Virus record (IMG/VR): IMGVR_UViG_3300010399_000033 | Span: 46,244-110,243 of that record | Direction: 5' to 3' (one strand) | Length of the DNA: 64,000 bases | DNA from: a virus | Shown: in pieces, positions 19,182 to 27,216 of the stretch | Layout of the letters: the number at the start of each line of letters is the position of its first letter | Position numbering within the stretch: position 1 is the first letter of the stretch | The notes under the pieces: generated by a model | The model's database searches: none | Told to the model about the DNA's origin: nothing | What the model saw: the letters and a program-made list of their open reading frames with translations, nothing else | Made by a program: the position numbers and the translations under genes

Positions 19182-19770
19182 AATGTTGAAGCTGTATCCG
19201 CGCGAGAACGACGTGGCTCAGTTGCTGATGCGAGGCATGTCGTCGAAGCAGATCGCCAAGGAACTGAATATCTCGTACTACACTGCTCGCTCGTATCGAG
19301 AACGTCTCTACCGGAAGCTCGGCGTCAGAAAGATCACACAGTTGATCCGTATCCTGTTGCAGGAGCCGAAGATCCTGGTCGACCGCTACGGACGCTCCGA
19401 CACCGGAGGAATCAATTTGCACTTCTCGACCGTCTCGCAGCTGAAGGGGTCCGGAGGCCCGCCGACGCATCCGATCCCGTGCGAGGGAACGCACCGCCGG
19501 GAGATCTACGACAAGCTGCAGCAGAATCGCGGATGCCCTGTTCAGTTCAGCGGACGCAGCCTGCATAGCGTCATGCGCTCGCTGCGTGACGAATATGGGC
19601 TGGACATTCGCTGCACCCGCAAGGGCAATCAGCACAATCAGCCATCGTACATCCTTGTTGGCGAATGGTTCGGCGAGCGATATGAGGACTATGTGGCGGC
19701 GCGGATGGACGCGCCGAATGCGCCGGTAGCCCAATTGGCAGAGGCGGCGGGCCCAAAATCCGTGCAATGA
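19171..19770 (+). CDS. LuxR-type HTH protein; its 3' end overlaps a tRNA fragment
   Basis: PRENDVAQLL.RGMSSKQIAKELNIS..T..SY...LYRKLGV. Confidence 0.75.
   Translation: MVREMLKLYPRENDVAQLLMRGMSSKQIAKELNISYYTARSYRERLYRKLGVRKITQLIRILLQEPKILVDRYGRSDTGGINLHFSTVSQLKGSGGPPTHPIPCEGTHRREIYDKLQQNRGCPVQFSGRSLHSVMRSLRDEYGLDIRCTRKGNQHNQPSYILVGEWFGERYEDYVAARMDAPNAPVAQLAEAAGPKSVQ
19720..19768 (+). pseudogene. 5' portion of a second tRNA-Leu(CAA)-like gene, lacking the T arm and 3' acceptor strand
   Basis: GCGCCGG-TA-GCCCAATTGGCAGAGGC-G-GCGGG-CCCAAAA-TCCGT; acceptor and D arm nearly identical to the tRNA at 19923. Confidence 0.7.
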
Positions 19771-19922
19771 GCTACCGCGATCCGCTAGAAGCCAAAGCAT
19801 ATGCTAGAAGGCACTATCAAAAGCATAAAGCTTTGTATAAAGCGAGATCGAAAGAAAACAACAAGCGATCCAGGAAAATAGCTAGAGAGTTTATCAACAT
19901 ATACAAAGCTGGGCTGGGTTGT
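19767..19922 (+). pseudogene. Truncated N-terminus of an HNH-endonuclease-like gene
   Basis: AT-rich, basic ..YARRHYQKHK..YK....EFINIYKAGLGC, ending at the first Cys of an expected CxxC where the tRNA begins. Confidence 0.5.
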
Positions 19923-19999
19923 GCGTCGGTAGCCCAATTGGTAGAGGCACTGCCCTCAAAAAGCAGTAAGTGGGAGTTCGAGTCTCTCCCGGCGCACCA
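19923..19999 (+). tRNA. tRNA-Leu(CAA), short variable loop, encoded CCA
   Basis: Cloverleaf: acceptor GCGTCGG/CCGGCGC, anticodon CAA at 19957-19959, T arm GGGAG-TTCGAGT-CTCTC, 3' ACCA. Confidence 0.88.
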
Positions 20000-20004
20000 A
20001 CTGA

Positions 20005-20183
20005 TCGCGGCAGATGCCCTGGGCCGTTCCCGCTCGCGGTCGGTCTTGTCGACTAGGCATCTCGTTAAGCCCTCGGGAGGGGCCGCGACAAATGGAGTTC
20101 CAGCGGTGGCGAAAAGCCATGTGTGCGCCGCAAGACAGTCGGATGAGGCGTTGCGGTCCTGGTCGCCCTTCGGCCCGCTGGAA
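20005..20183 (+). ncRNA. Candidate structured RNA directly downstream of the tRNA
   Basis: Stems TCGCGGC/GCCGCGA, AGATGCC/GGCATCT, TTCCAGCGG/CCGCTGGAA. Confidence 0.4.
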
Positions 20184-20216
20184 TGGGGAATTCACTCGAA
20201 ACCGGGAACTTGAGCT

Positions 20217-20630
20217 ATGAAGCACCAGGACATCAAGCAGCTCGACGGCGTGATCGCAGGCATGCCCACCCGCAAGGAGAAGCTGGATAGGTGGGCGGGG
20301 CTGGTGAGTTTGTACGATGGAGACCTTACTCCGCTGCATGCGGTGGAGTATACCGCGGTGACCACCCTGCGTTACGAGGGAGTCCTTAGTCAATGGGCTG
20401 GAAGGGTCGCCTACGAGGACCCGCTGTTTCGTGTCATGGGGCTCAAGTCGGCATCCGCCTGGGACGTGGTCGAGTTCTTCGAGCTGACGCGCCATGAACT
20501 GCACGAGATCAGCTGCGATTGCCAGCAGAAAGCCACGGCGGAGCGGACGGTCAAGGCCATTCAGGAAGCGCAGAACGCCGGAAGGATCAGCCAGGTCCGT
20601 GGGCGGCTGTGGCGGTGGTGGAACAGATGA
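20217..20630 (+). CDS. Hypothetical protein
   Basis: 137 aa ORF with phage-like codon usage. Confidence 0.6.
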   Translation: MKHQDIKQLDGVIAGMPTRKEKLDRWAGLVSLYDGDLTPLHAVEYTAVTTLRYEGVLSQWAGRVAYEDPLFRVMGLKSASAWDVVEFFELTRHELHEISCDCQQKATAERTVKAIQEAQNAGRISQVRGRLWRWWNR

Positions 20631-20928
20631 GCTGACTCGCTGGCTCGCGCGTGCCGGCAAATGGCCATGTCAGTCCTTGCGAAGAACGGAGGGCGGGTCG
20701 GCCAGGATCGTGGCCCCGTGATCAAGGACGAAACGGGGCGCCTAATTCCTCTAGAATAGTGAGCTGGGAGATGAGCAGATTTCAGTGGTTTGTGGCGGTG
20801 ACGCTTGGCTTGGGGCTTGGTCTGGCCTGCATCGCGCTGGTGAATATCCTGGTTTCGGACGTTCCTGCAGGACGTCGGATTGCGCCCAAGACTTGGCCGA
20901 CCCAGGCGCGGATGATGGTGGGTCTGAG

Positions 20929-21150
20929 ATGAGCGTCGCACCCATCACCCAGCTGCTGATTCCCTGGGCCAGCATGGCGCCGCATGCGCGCTACTTCGTT
21001 GTCGCGTTGCACGATCGGATCACCTTCTGCGACTATAGTGTCGCGGAGCTTGTCGACGACAGGTGGCAGGTCACGCAGCATGGTCGGAGCGCCTTCGGAG
21101 AGGCACATCGCTTTGTCTCCATGACGATGGCAGCTAAGCTAAGCGAATAA
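20929..21150 (+). CDS. Hypothetical protein
   Basis: ATGA-coupled ORF MSVAP. Confidence 0.45.
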   Translation: MSVAPITQLLIPWASMAPHARYFVVALHDRITFCDYSVAELVDDRWQVTQHGRSAFGEAHRFVSMTMAAKLSE

Positions 21151-21187
21151 GCTAACAGGTTTTTTCCAACTTAGATTAGTAACCGCA

Positions 21188-21688
21188 ATGCAACGCAGAG
21201 CAATCCGACAGAGGCCTATCACCACTGAGCCAGAACCCGATGTCAGGGATGGCCGGAAGAATAACAAGGGCAATCCCAATTGGCATAAGGGCATGACTAA
21301 GCCGGAGGGATCCGGACGTAAGCCTGGCCAGGGGAATCGTGTGACCTCCAACCTGAAGACCGCGCTGATGATGGCAGCGGAACAGATTGGAGAGGATGGT
21401 GAGGGGCTGAACGGGCTGGTGGGGTTCCTCAAGCGATTGGAGATGCGGCACCCGCCGTCATTCGCCAGACTGCTTGCCATGCTCCTGCCGCTGCATATCC
21501 GTGGCGACTTCACGGAGCGGCCGGTGGAGGAGATCGACGAGAACACCAGTGTCCAGGACGCGCTGGAACGCTACCTGCAGACCTTGCGTGCCCCGCCGGG
21601 CCAGCTGCCGGCACCGCGCGTGATCGAGCACGAGCCCGTGGATATGGCCAATGTGCGCCCTGAGAGGGCGAACGGGAGGACGCACTGA
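21188..21688 (+). CDS. Terminase small subunit (putative)
   Basis: GSGRKPG..NRVT..LK.AL..AAE..G....L..FL.......P..F..LL..LLP pattern; upstream of TerL. Confidence 0.7.
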   Translation: MQRRAIRQRPITTEPEPDVRDGRKNNKGNPNWHKGMTKPEGSGRKPGQGNRVTSNLKTALMMAAEQIGEDGEGLNGLVGFLKRLEMRHPPSFARLLAMLLPLHIRGDFTERPVEEIDENTSVQDALERYLQTLRAPPGQLPAPRVIEHEPVDMANVRPERANGRTH

Positions 21689-22146
21689 TGGCCACGGAAC
21701 TGGAAACACTTCGCATACTCACTCTGCTGGACGCATTCCCTGACTCGCTCCCCGGAGGTCTTTCCGGCGCCCAGATCGGGAAGATACTCGACATGGGGCC
21801 CGGGACGCTCTACCCGGCATTGATGCGGCTGGAGATCGATAGAAAGGTCGTCAGCGAGTGGGCACAAGAGCCGTACCCACGACGGCGCCTCTATCGGATC
21901 TGCCGGGATGCCCAGAAAGCGGACAAGATCACACGGCTGCGTATCAGCATGGAGGGCGACCAGTTCATGGTCGACGATCCCAGCCTGACCGGCTCGCCGC
22001 CTGTCGGACGCGGCAAGACGATGATCGAGGCCATCGGCTCATTCGTTCACAATAACCAGGACCGTTTCGGCTTTGTTTTCGACGTCGATCCGTCAGCGGA
22101 GCACGCCGAGGAGGAACGCCGGGAAAGGGAGTTGGCGCGGCGATGA
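21688..22146 (+). CDS. PadR-like wHTH protein
   Basis: GPGTLYPALMRLE....V.SEW.....RRRLYRI. Confidence 0.75.
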   Translation: MATELETLRILTLLDAFPDSLPGGLSGAQIGKILDMGPGTLYPALMRLEIDRKVVSEWAQEPYPRRRLYRICRDAQKADKITRLRISMEGDQFMVDDPSLTGSPPVGRGKTMIEAIGSFVHNNQDRFGFVFDVDPSAEHAEEERRERELARR

Positions 22147-22475
22147 GGGCCACCGGAGCAATTCCCGCGATGGCGAGCAGCATGTCAGACCCCGAGGTGC
22201 TGGACGTTGTGGTGCGTGGCGGCGCCTGGCCGCAGCGCCGTACGTTCACGTTCGTCACTGAGCGGACGTATCAGGGCGAGTCAGTCAAGCTGCGCGGCAT
22301 TGCGCTCGTGCTCGGCGAATACGACATGCCCGACCTGCTGATCCCGGACGGCGCGCGCGGCTTTGTGGACGGCGACAACGGCAGCCGCTACGTCTATGTC
22401 CGCTTCCCGGTCTACCGTGGTGTGCGGGCGTCGGTACTGCGATCGCGCCTGATCTACAGCTCAGATGTGCATTGA
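22143..22475 (+). CDS. Hypothetical protein
   Basis: ORF in operon. Confidence 0.5.
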   Translation: MRATGAIPAMASSMSDPEVLDVVVRGGAWPQRRTFTFVTERTYQGESVKLRGIALVLGEYDMPDLLIPDGARGFVDGDNGSRYVYVRFPVYRGVRASVLRSRLIYSSDVH

Positions 22476-22520
22476 TGCGAGTCCTCGATCATTCGTGGTT
22501 TGATGAAGGGAAATGGTACG

Positions 22521-22763
22521 ATGAAGCACGCACGAGCTGATTACGATCCAATCCAGGATCCACGCGGACTGATCCCGGACGACGAGCCGGTGATGTTGTT
22601 CCGTGCCCAGGACGAGAACTTCGGGGACGTCTGTATGTTCTATGCGGCGCGTTTGGAGAGCAAGGGCGGGGATCCCGAGATGATCCGGCGAGTGCGTGCG
22701 CACGCCAAGCTTGGCGCAGCGTGGCCGAACAAGAAGAAGCCTGATCTTGCGTCGAATAGCTGA
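22521..22763 (+). CDS. Hypothetical phage protein
   Basis: IPDDEPVMLFRAQD motif. Confidence 0.65.
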   Translation: MKHARADYDPIQDPRGLIPDDEPVMLFRAQDENFGDVCMFYAARLESKGGDPEMIRRVRAHAKLGAAWPNKKKPDLASNS

Positions 22764-22803
22764 GAACGTGCCGTATATGATCGAGGTGTGAAGGCCTGCA
22801 AGT

Positions 22804-23250
22804 CCCCTGCCGATCTGCTGTGGGTTGGCATCGCTCAGTTGGTCGGCAGGGGTTTTCCCAAAGTTTCGTTGCGAGGCGTTTGTCGGCTGCCGTTAGCCCC
22901 CCGACACCCGAAGCCGGCAGGCGCCTCCAAAGGATCCGCCCGGGAGAGTCCGAACGTTCCGTGCCTACACCCCGGACGTTCTTGTGTGGGAAGCCAATGC
23001 CCCTTGCGCTTCCCCCGTCCCCCACTCCCGGGCGGATCCGTTCTTTTCGGATGGCAATGACTGCGGCACCCGTCCAGGTAATGCGTACCCGCCGCAAAGC
23101 TTTGTCTCCGAGGTGTGGTCGGAGGGTCAGAATCCTCCCGGAGGCCCTCCGACCCACTCCCCCTTCTCGCACCCGGAGCTTTTGGCAATGCCACTCGCCG
23201 ATTCTCCGATCTTCTCCGACAAGAAGCCGCCGTCCGCGCCTGAGACAGGT
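22804..23250. ncRNA. Candidate structured non-coding region between TerS and TerL
   Basis: Long stems at 22804-22852, 22873-22927 and 22932-23039 (15-bp perfect stem); no convincing ORF. Confidence 0.45.
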
Positions 23251-23264
23251 CGGGAGCATGTGAC

Positions 23265-23542
23265 ATGAGCCAAGAGTTCGAGACTTGTGGCGGCTGTCCG
23301 ACGCCCACGATCTGCTCGGCGTGGGGACGTCGCTCGTGCTCGGCAGCGCCAGTCGTCGACTTGGCCAAGTTCCGCGAGGCACGCAATGTGGTGATCGAGA
23401 AGTCGCGTGTGATGGGCGCGACCTGGGCGCGCAAGCAATCCCTCAAGGCGATCGCAGTCGGATCTATGACAAGCCAGCGCTCAAGTCGAGCACCAGCGTG
23501 TCGATGACCTATTTCGACGAGATCGAGTCCGAGGACGATTGA
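23265..23542 (+). CDS. Small protein containing a copy of the TerL Walker A segment (probable frameshift ~23460)
   Basis: IEKSRVMGATW versus TerL VEKSREMGATW. Confidence 0.5.
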
Positions 23543-23769
23543 AGGCTCTGTGTGTCGAAGTGATCGGCGACATCTACGATGGAGCTGAGGTGGTGCTGAC
23601 CGCGCCGATCCAGACCTTCTTTTCCGGACAGCCGAGAGAACTGCTCCCCGAGGGGACGCGCGGTGTCTTCGTTGCGCGCAATGACGTTGACATCCAGGAA
23701 GTGGCGCCGGTGCGGATTGGAACATCGATCATTCTGGTGCCGTGGGCTCAGCTGGAGTGGGTGCAGTGA
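23539..23769 (+). CDS. Hypothetical protein
   Basis: GAGGA RBS, TTG start overlapping the upstream stop. Confidence 0.5.
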   Translation: MKALCVEVIGDIYDGAEVVLTAPIQTFFSGQPRELLPEGTRGVFVARNDVDIQEVAPVRIGTSIILVPWAQLEWVQ

Positions 23770-23771
23770 GC

Positions 23772-24164
23772 ATGCGCTTTAAGCTGGGAGACAAGGTGCG
23801 GCTGATCGATGGTGGGCCCGGAGGCGAAGGCCTGGGCCCGGTCATGGAAGTAATTGTCCTGCATGCCGACAGCTTATACACATGCATTTGGAATAGCCCT
23901 GAGGGTGGTATGTTCAAGTCCGTGTACCACCATGACAGACTGGTGAGCGGCCCATATCCCGCGCCAGCATGTATCGCGCCCATGCCCTGTCCGTCGACGC
24001 AGCACTTGGGTCCGTTCTCAGATGTTAGGCGAGCTAATGGAGAGCATGCGTTTCGCTGCGACTGTTGTCAGCAGACTGTCGGGCCGGAGTCTCCGACATT
24101 CGACGTGACGCGTCGGGCGATCATTCGTCTGTGCGCGCTCAAGCTGCACGCGAAAGCGTCGTAG
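23772..24164 (+). CDS. YodC/DUF2158-like protein
   Basis: FKLGDKVRL..GGP...VMEV......YTCIW. Confidence 0.6.
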   Translation: MRFKLGDKVRLIDGGPGGEGLGPVMEVIVLHADSLYTCIWNSPEGGMFKSVYHHDRLVSGPYPAPACIAPMPCPSTQHLGPFSDVRRANGEHAFRCDCCQQTVGPESPTFDVTRRAIIRLCALKLHAKAS

Positions 24165-24533
24165 ATGACTCTGCCCGAATCCGTGCTTGTCGGCATACTG
24201 CTTGTGATCTTCCTGGTCGGATTGGGCCTGGTGCTTTCCGGACGTAGACGCTGATGTGGGACATGGCCATGGTGCTGGTTGTGCTTGTCGTGATCCTGTT
24301 CCTGTTGGGGCGTTGAAGCTTCCTATGCCCGCACAGAAACGTGAGTGGTACGACCTCAAGCGCGTTTCACAATCGCCACTCGGTCCAGGAATGTCATGGC
24401 TCACGACTGCGGCGGTTCGCAGCTGCAATCTGTGCGGTGAGGCAATCGACGGCATGGGCGGCCCTGGTCGTTCGATCTGCATCGCTTGTGGCGACGATTT
24501 GCTGGCTGGTCGCTTGCGTGGTCTGGTGAAGCG

Positions 24534-26288
24534 ATGACCATTCGCCAGCGCATATCGCTCGACCCGCCGCGTACCGTGTGGGAGCGCGGCGACTGGCCGC
24601 CGGATTATGTCAAGGTGCTGGCATGGCGGCAGCAACAGCTTGTGCTGATCCGCGAGAACGAGGAACTGAAGGAAGGCGCCCTCGCCTATTACAGCGACGA
24701 GGACCACATCTGCGACTTCATCAACCATTGGGCCGTGACCTATGACCCGCGGTTGGCGATGGACTTGAACCGACTGACCACAATGCCGTTCATCCTGTTC
24801 GGGCGACAGGAGCAGCTGGTCCAGTTCCTGGTCGAATGCCTGATGCTCCAGGAATCGGGGCTGGTCGAGAAGTCGCGCGAGATGGGTGCGACTTGGGTGT
24901 GCATCTGGGTGACCATCTGGCTATGGCGCTTCCGTCCTGGGTCAGCGACCGGCTGGGGCTCACGTGATCAGGACACGGTCGACCACATCGGAGACCCTGA
25001 CTCAATCTTCGAGAAGATCCGCCGTAGCCTCGGCTATCTGCCGACTGAGTTCCTGCCACGTGGGTTCAGCTTCCGCGACCACTGCTCGTTCATGCGGATC
25101 ATCAATCCGGAGAACGAGGCGACCATCACCGGAGACTGCGGCGACAACATCGGCCGCGGCGGCCGCAAGCTCTGGTATCTGAAGGACGAGAGCAGCCATT
25201 ACGTCCACCCCGAGAAGATCGAGTCGGCGCTGTCGGAGAACACGCGCTGTCAGATCGACATCTCGTCGGTGGGCCCGCTGGGCAACGTGTTCAACCGTCG
25301 CCGCGAAGCTGGGTCGGACTGGGCGCCTGGAGTGCAGATCGAACATGGCCGCACGCGTGTGTTCGTCATGGACTGGCGCGACCATCCCGAGAAGGATCAG
25401 GCGTGGTACGATACCAAGCGGCAGAAGGCGGAGGCCGAGGGCCTGCTGCACGTCTTCGCTCGCGAGATCGACCGTGACTACGCCGGCTCGGTCGAAAGCG
25501 TCATCATCCCGGCTGAGTGGGTCAGGGCCTGCGTCGATGCGCACCTCAAGCTTGGAATCGACGTCACAGGCGATCCGTGGCGCGCTGCACTCGATGTCGC
25601 TGACGGTGGCGGCGACACCAATGCGCTGAGCTTGGAGGAAGGCATCGTCCTGCGTCAGGTCAAGGAATGGGCTGCGCGCGATGTCGGCGTCACCACCCGC
25701 CATGTCGCCGAAGTGTGCGGTCCGTACGCGCCGATCGACGTGCAGTACGACTCGGTCAGCATCGGCGCAGCGGTCAAGGCAGAGATCAACCGGCTGATCG
25801 ACGAGAACCAGCTGCCGAAGAACGTCCGCTTTGTGCCGTGGAACGGCGGACTCCCTCCAATCGATCCCGAGGGATATGTGATCCAGCTACCGAACGGGCA
25901 GCCCGACAAGAAATCGCCGAAGTGGAAAAGCTTCGCGCACAATCTCAAGGCTCAGGGTTGGTGGAAGATGCGGCGTCGCTGCCAGATCACTTTCCGCGCG
26001 GTGACCGAGCCTGGTTTCACCTGGGACCGCGAGGACCTGTTCTCGATTGACTCGCGCATTCCCCTGCTGCAGAAGATCATCAAAGAGCTGTCGCAACCCA
26101 CGCATGGTCTGTCGGCGACCATGAAGATGATCGTGAACAAGCAGCCCGAAGGCACCAAGTCGCCCAACATCGGCGACTCGGTCATGATGTGCAATCACCC
26201 GATCACCTCGGCCGGCATCAGGCAGATCCCCGACGCTGCGTTGAAATGGGCTGCCATCGCCGGTGTAGCGCGCAGGGCAATCCGATGA
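24534..26288 (+). CDS. terL: Terminase large subunit
   Basis: EKSREMGATW (Walker A), GRGGR...YLKDES (Walker B), ALDVADGGGD nuclease motif, SPNIGDS. Confidence 0.92.
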   Translation: MTIRQRISLDPPRTVWERGDWPPDYVKVLAWRQQQLVLIRENEELKEGALAYYSDEDHICDFINHWAVTYDPRLAMDLNRLTTMPFILFGRQEQLVQFLVECLMLQESGLVEKSREMGATWVCIWVTIWLWRFRPGSATGWGSRDQDTVDHIGDPDSIFEKIRRSLGYLPTEFLPRGFSFRDHCSFMRIINPENEATITGDCGDNIGRGGRKLWYLKDESSHYVHPEKIESALSENTRCQIDISSVGPLGNVFNRRREAGSDWAPGVQIEHGRTRVFVMDWRDHPEKDQAWYDTKRQKAEAEGLLHVFAREIDRDYAGSVESVIIPAEWVRACVDAHLKLGIDVTGDPWRAALDVADGGGDTNALSLEEGIVLRQVKEWAARDVGVTTRHVAEVCGPYAPIDVQYDSVSIGAAVKAEINRLIDENQLPKNVRFVPWNGGLPPIDPEGYVIQLPNGQPDKKSPKWKSFAHNLKAQGWWKMRRRCQITFRAVTEPGFTWDREDLFSIDSRIPLLQKIIKELSQPTHGLSATMKMIVNKQPEGTKSPNIGDSVMMCNHPITSAGIRQIPDAALKWAAIAGVARRAIR

Positions 26289-26473
26289 GCGCTGAGGGGC
26301 GATACAAGAAGCTGTTGGAGGCATTTAGCGAACTGCAGGCCGCAGCTCAGAAGGTCGTGGACGAGACTGACCGAATCCATGACAGCAGCCCATTTCCCGC
26401 GAAGTACCGGGCCCCTTATGGGGCGATTGTCGAGTTGCGGAAGCTTTTAGCAAAGCAGTATGGCGCGAGATGA
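26285..26473 (+). CDS. Hypothetical protein
   Basis: ATGA-coupled ORF. Confidence 0.5.
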   Translation: MSAEGRYKKLLEAFSELQAAAQKVVDETDRIHDSSPFPAKYRAPYGAIVELRKLLAKQYGAR

Positions 26474-26679
26474 GCACTGAGCCAAAGATCAGCGTTCGTG
26501 TGTCCGATGGCATTCCATCAGGGATGGTCGTGCTGACGCACAAGACGTGCGTACTGGCGGTGTGGACCGTGACCCATCTACACGAGCGCGGCCTTCCGGA
26601 GCTGTGCGACACTATCCATTATTCGGGCGCTGACATCAGCCTGGCCGAGGTCCAGCGTGTCATCCTGGAGATCGCATGA
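26470..26679 (+). CDS. Hypothetical protein
   Basis: ATGA-coupled ORF. Confidence 0.5.
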   Translation: MSTEPKISVRVSDGIPSGMVVLTHKTCVLAVWTVTHLHERGLPELCDTIHYSGADISLAEVQRVILEIA

Positions 26680-27092
26680 GCGGGCAGTTCGACGCGAAAG
26701 GCTTTCAGGAGTTCAAGGCGTCGCTTGCCGACAACGTTACGATGGGCGAAGCATGCGCCCGCTGGTATCGAATGTCCTATGGCGGCCGGCTTGCCTGGGG
26801 CGCGCGTGCGATCGGCGCTGTGAATGCCCCAGAACCGGAGGACGTGGTCATGGATGACGAGAAGTGGACCCATGTGACGGTGCGTCTGCGTCCTGAGGAG
26901 CGCGCCTACCTTGAATCCGTGGCGGACCGGAACAGCATCAGCCTGTCGGCGCTCGGCCGCTCGATCATGGTGGACGCGATCGCCGAGGAGCGCGAGCGCG
27001 ACAAGCGACTCGCTTCGCGAAAGTCGGCTGCCCCGGCGACCCCGGATGCACCCAAGGACGTCCCCTCCCCTGTCGGTTCTACCGCAGATTAG
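26676..27092 (+). CDS. Protein with a ribbon-helix-helix-like segment
   Basis: VTVRLRPEERAYLESVA....ISLSALGR. Confidence 0.55.
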   Translation: MSGQFDAKGFQEFKASLADNVTMGEACARWYRMSYGGRLAWGARAIGAVNAPEPEDVVMDDEKWTHVTVRLRPEERAYLESVADRNSISLSALGRSIMVDAIAEERERDKRLASRKSAAPATPDAPKDVPSPVGSTAD

Positions 27093-27216
27093 CATCGCCC
27101 GAGACGCCGCGCCCGTTGGCGCTGGCGGTCGCGCCTCACAATCCCCCATCCTCGACCCGAAAACGCACCAGCGGCGCCCGTAGCGCGCCCACGGGGCGGT
27201 TCGGTGGGAGTGCAAG

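Noticed and set aside
19950-19966. Reading the tRNA anticodon as TCA (opal suppressor, genetic-code change)
   Set aside because: Canonical spacing puts U33 at 19956 and CAA at 34-36. TGA is used as a normal stop throughout, with many ATGA overlaps.
22820-22860. tRNA suggested by GCTCAGTTGGT
   Set aside because: No T arm or acceptor pairing. The segment lies within a long simple hairpin.
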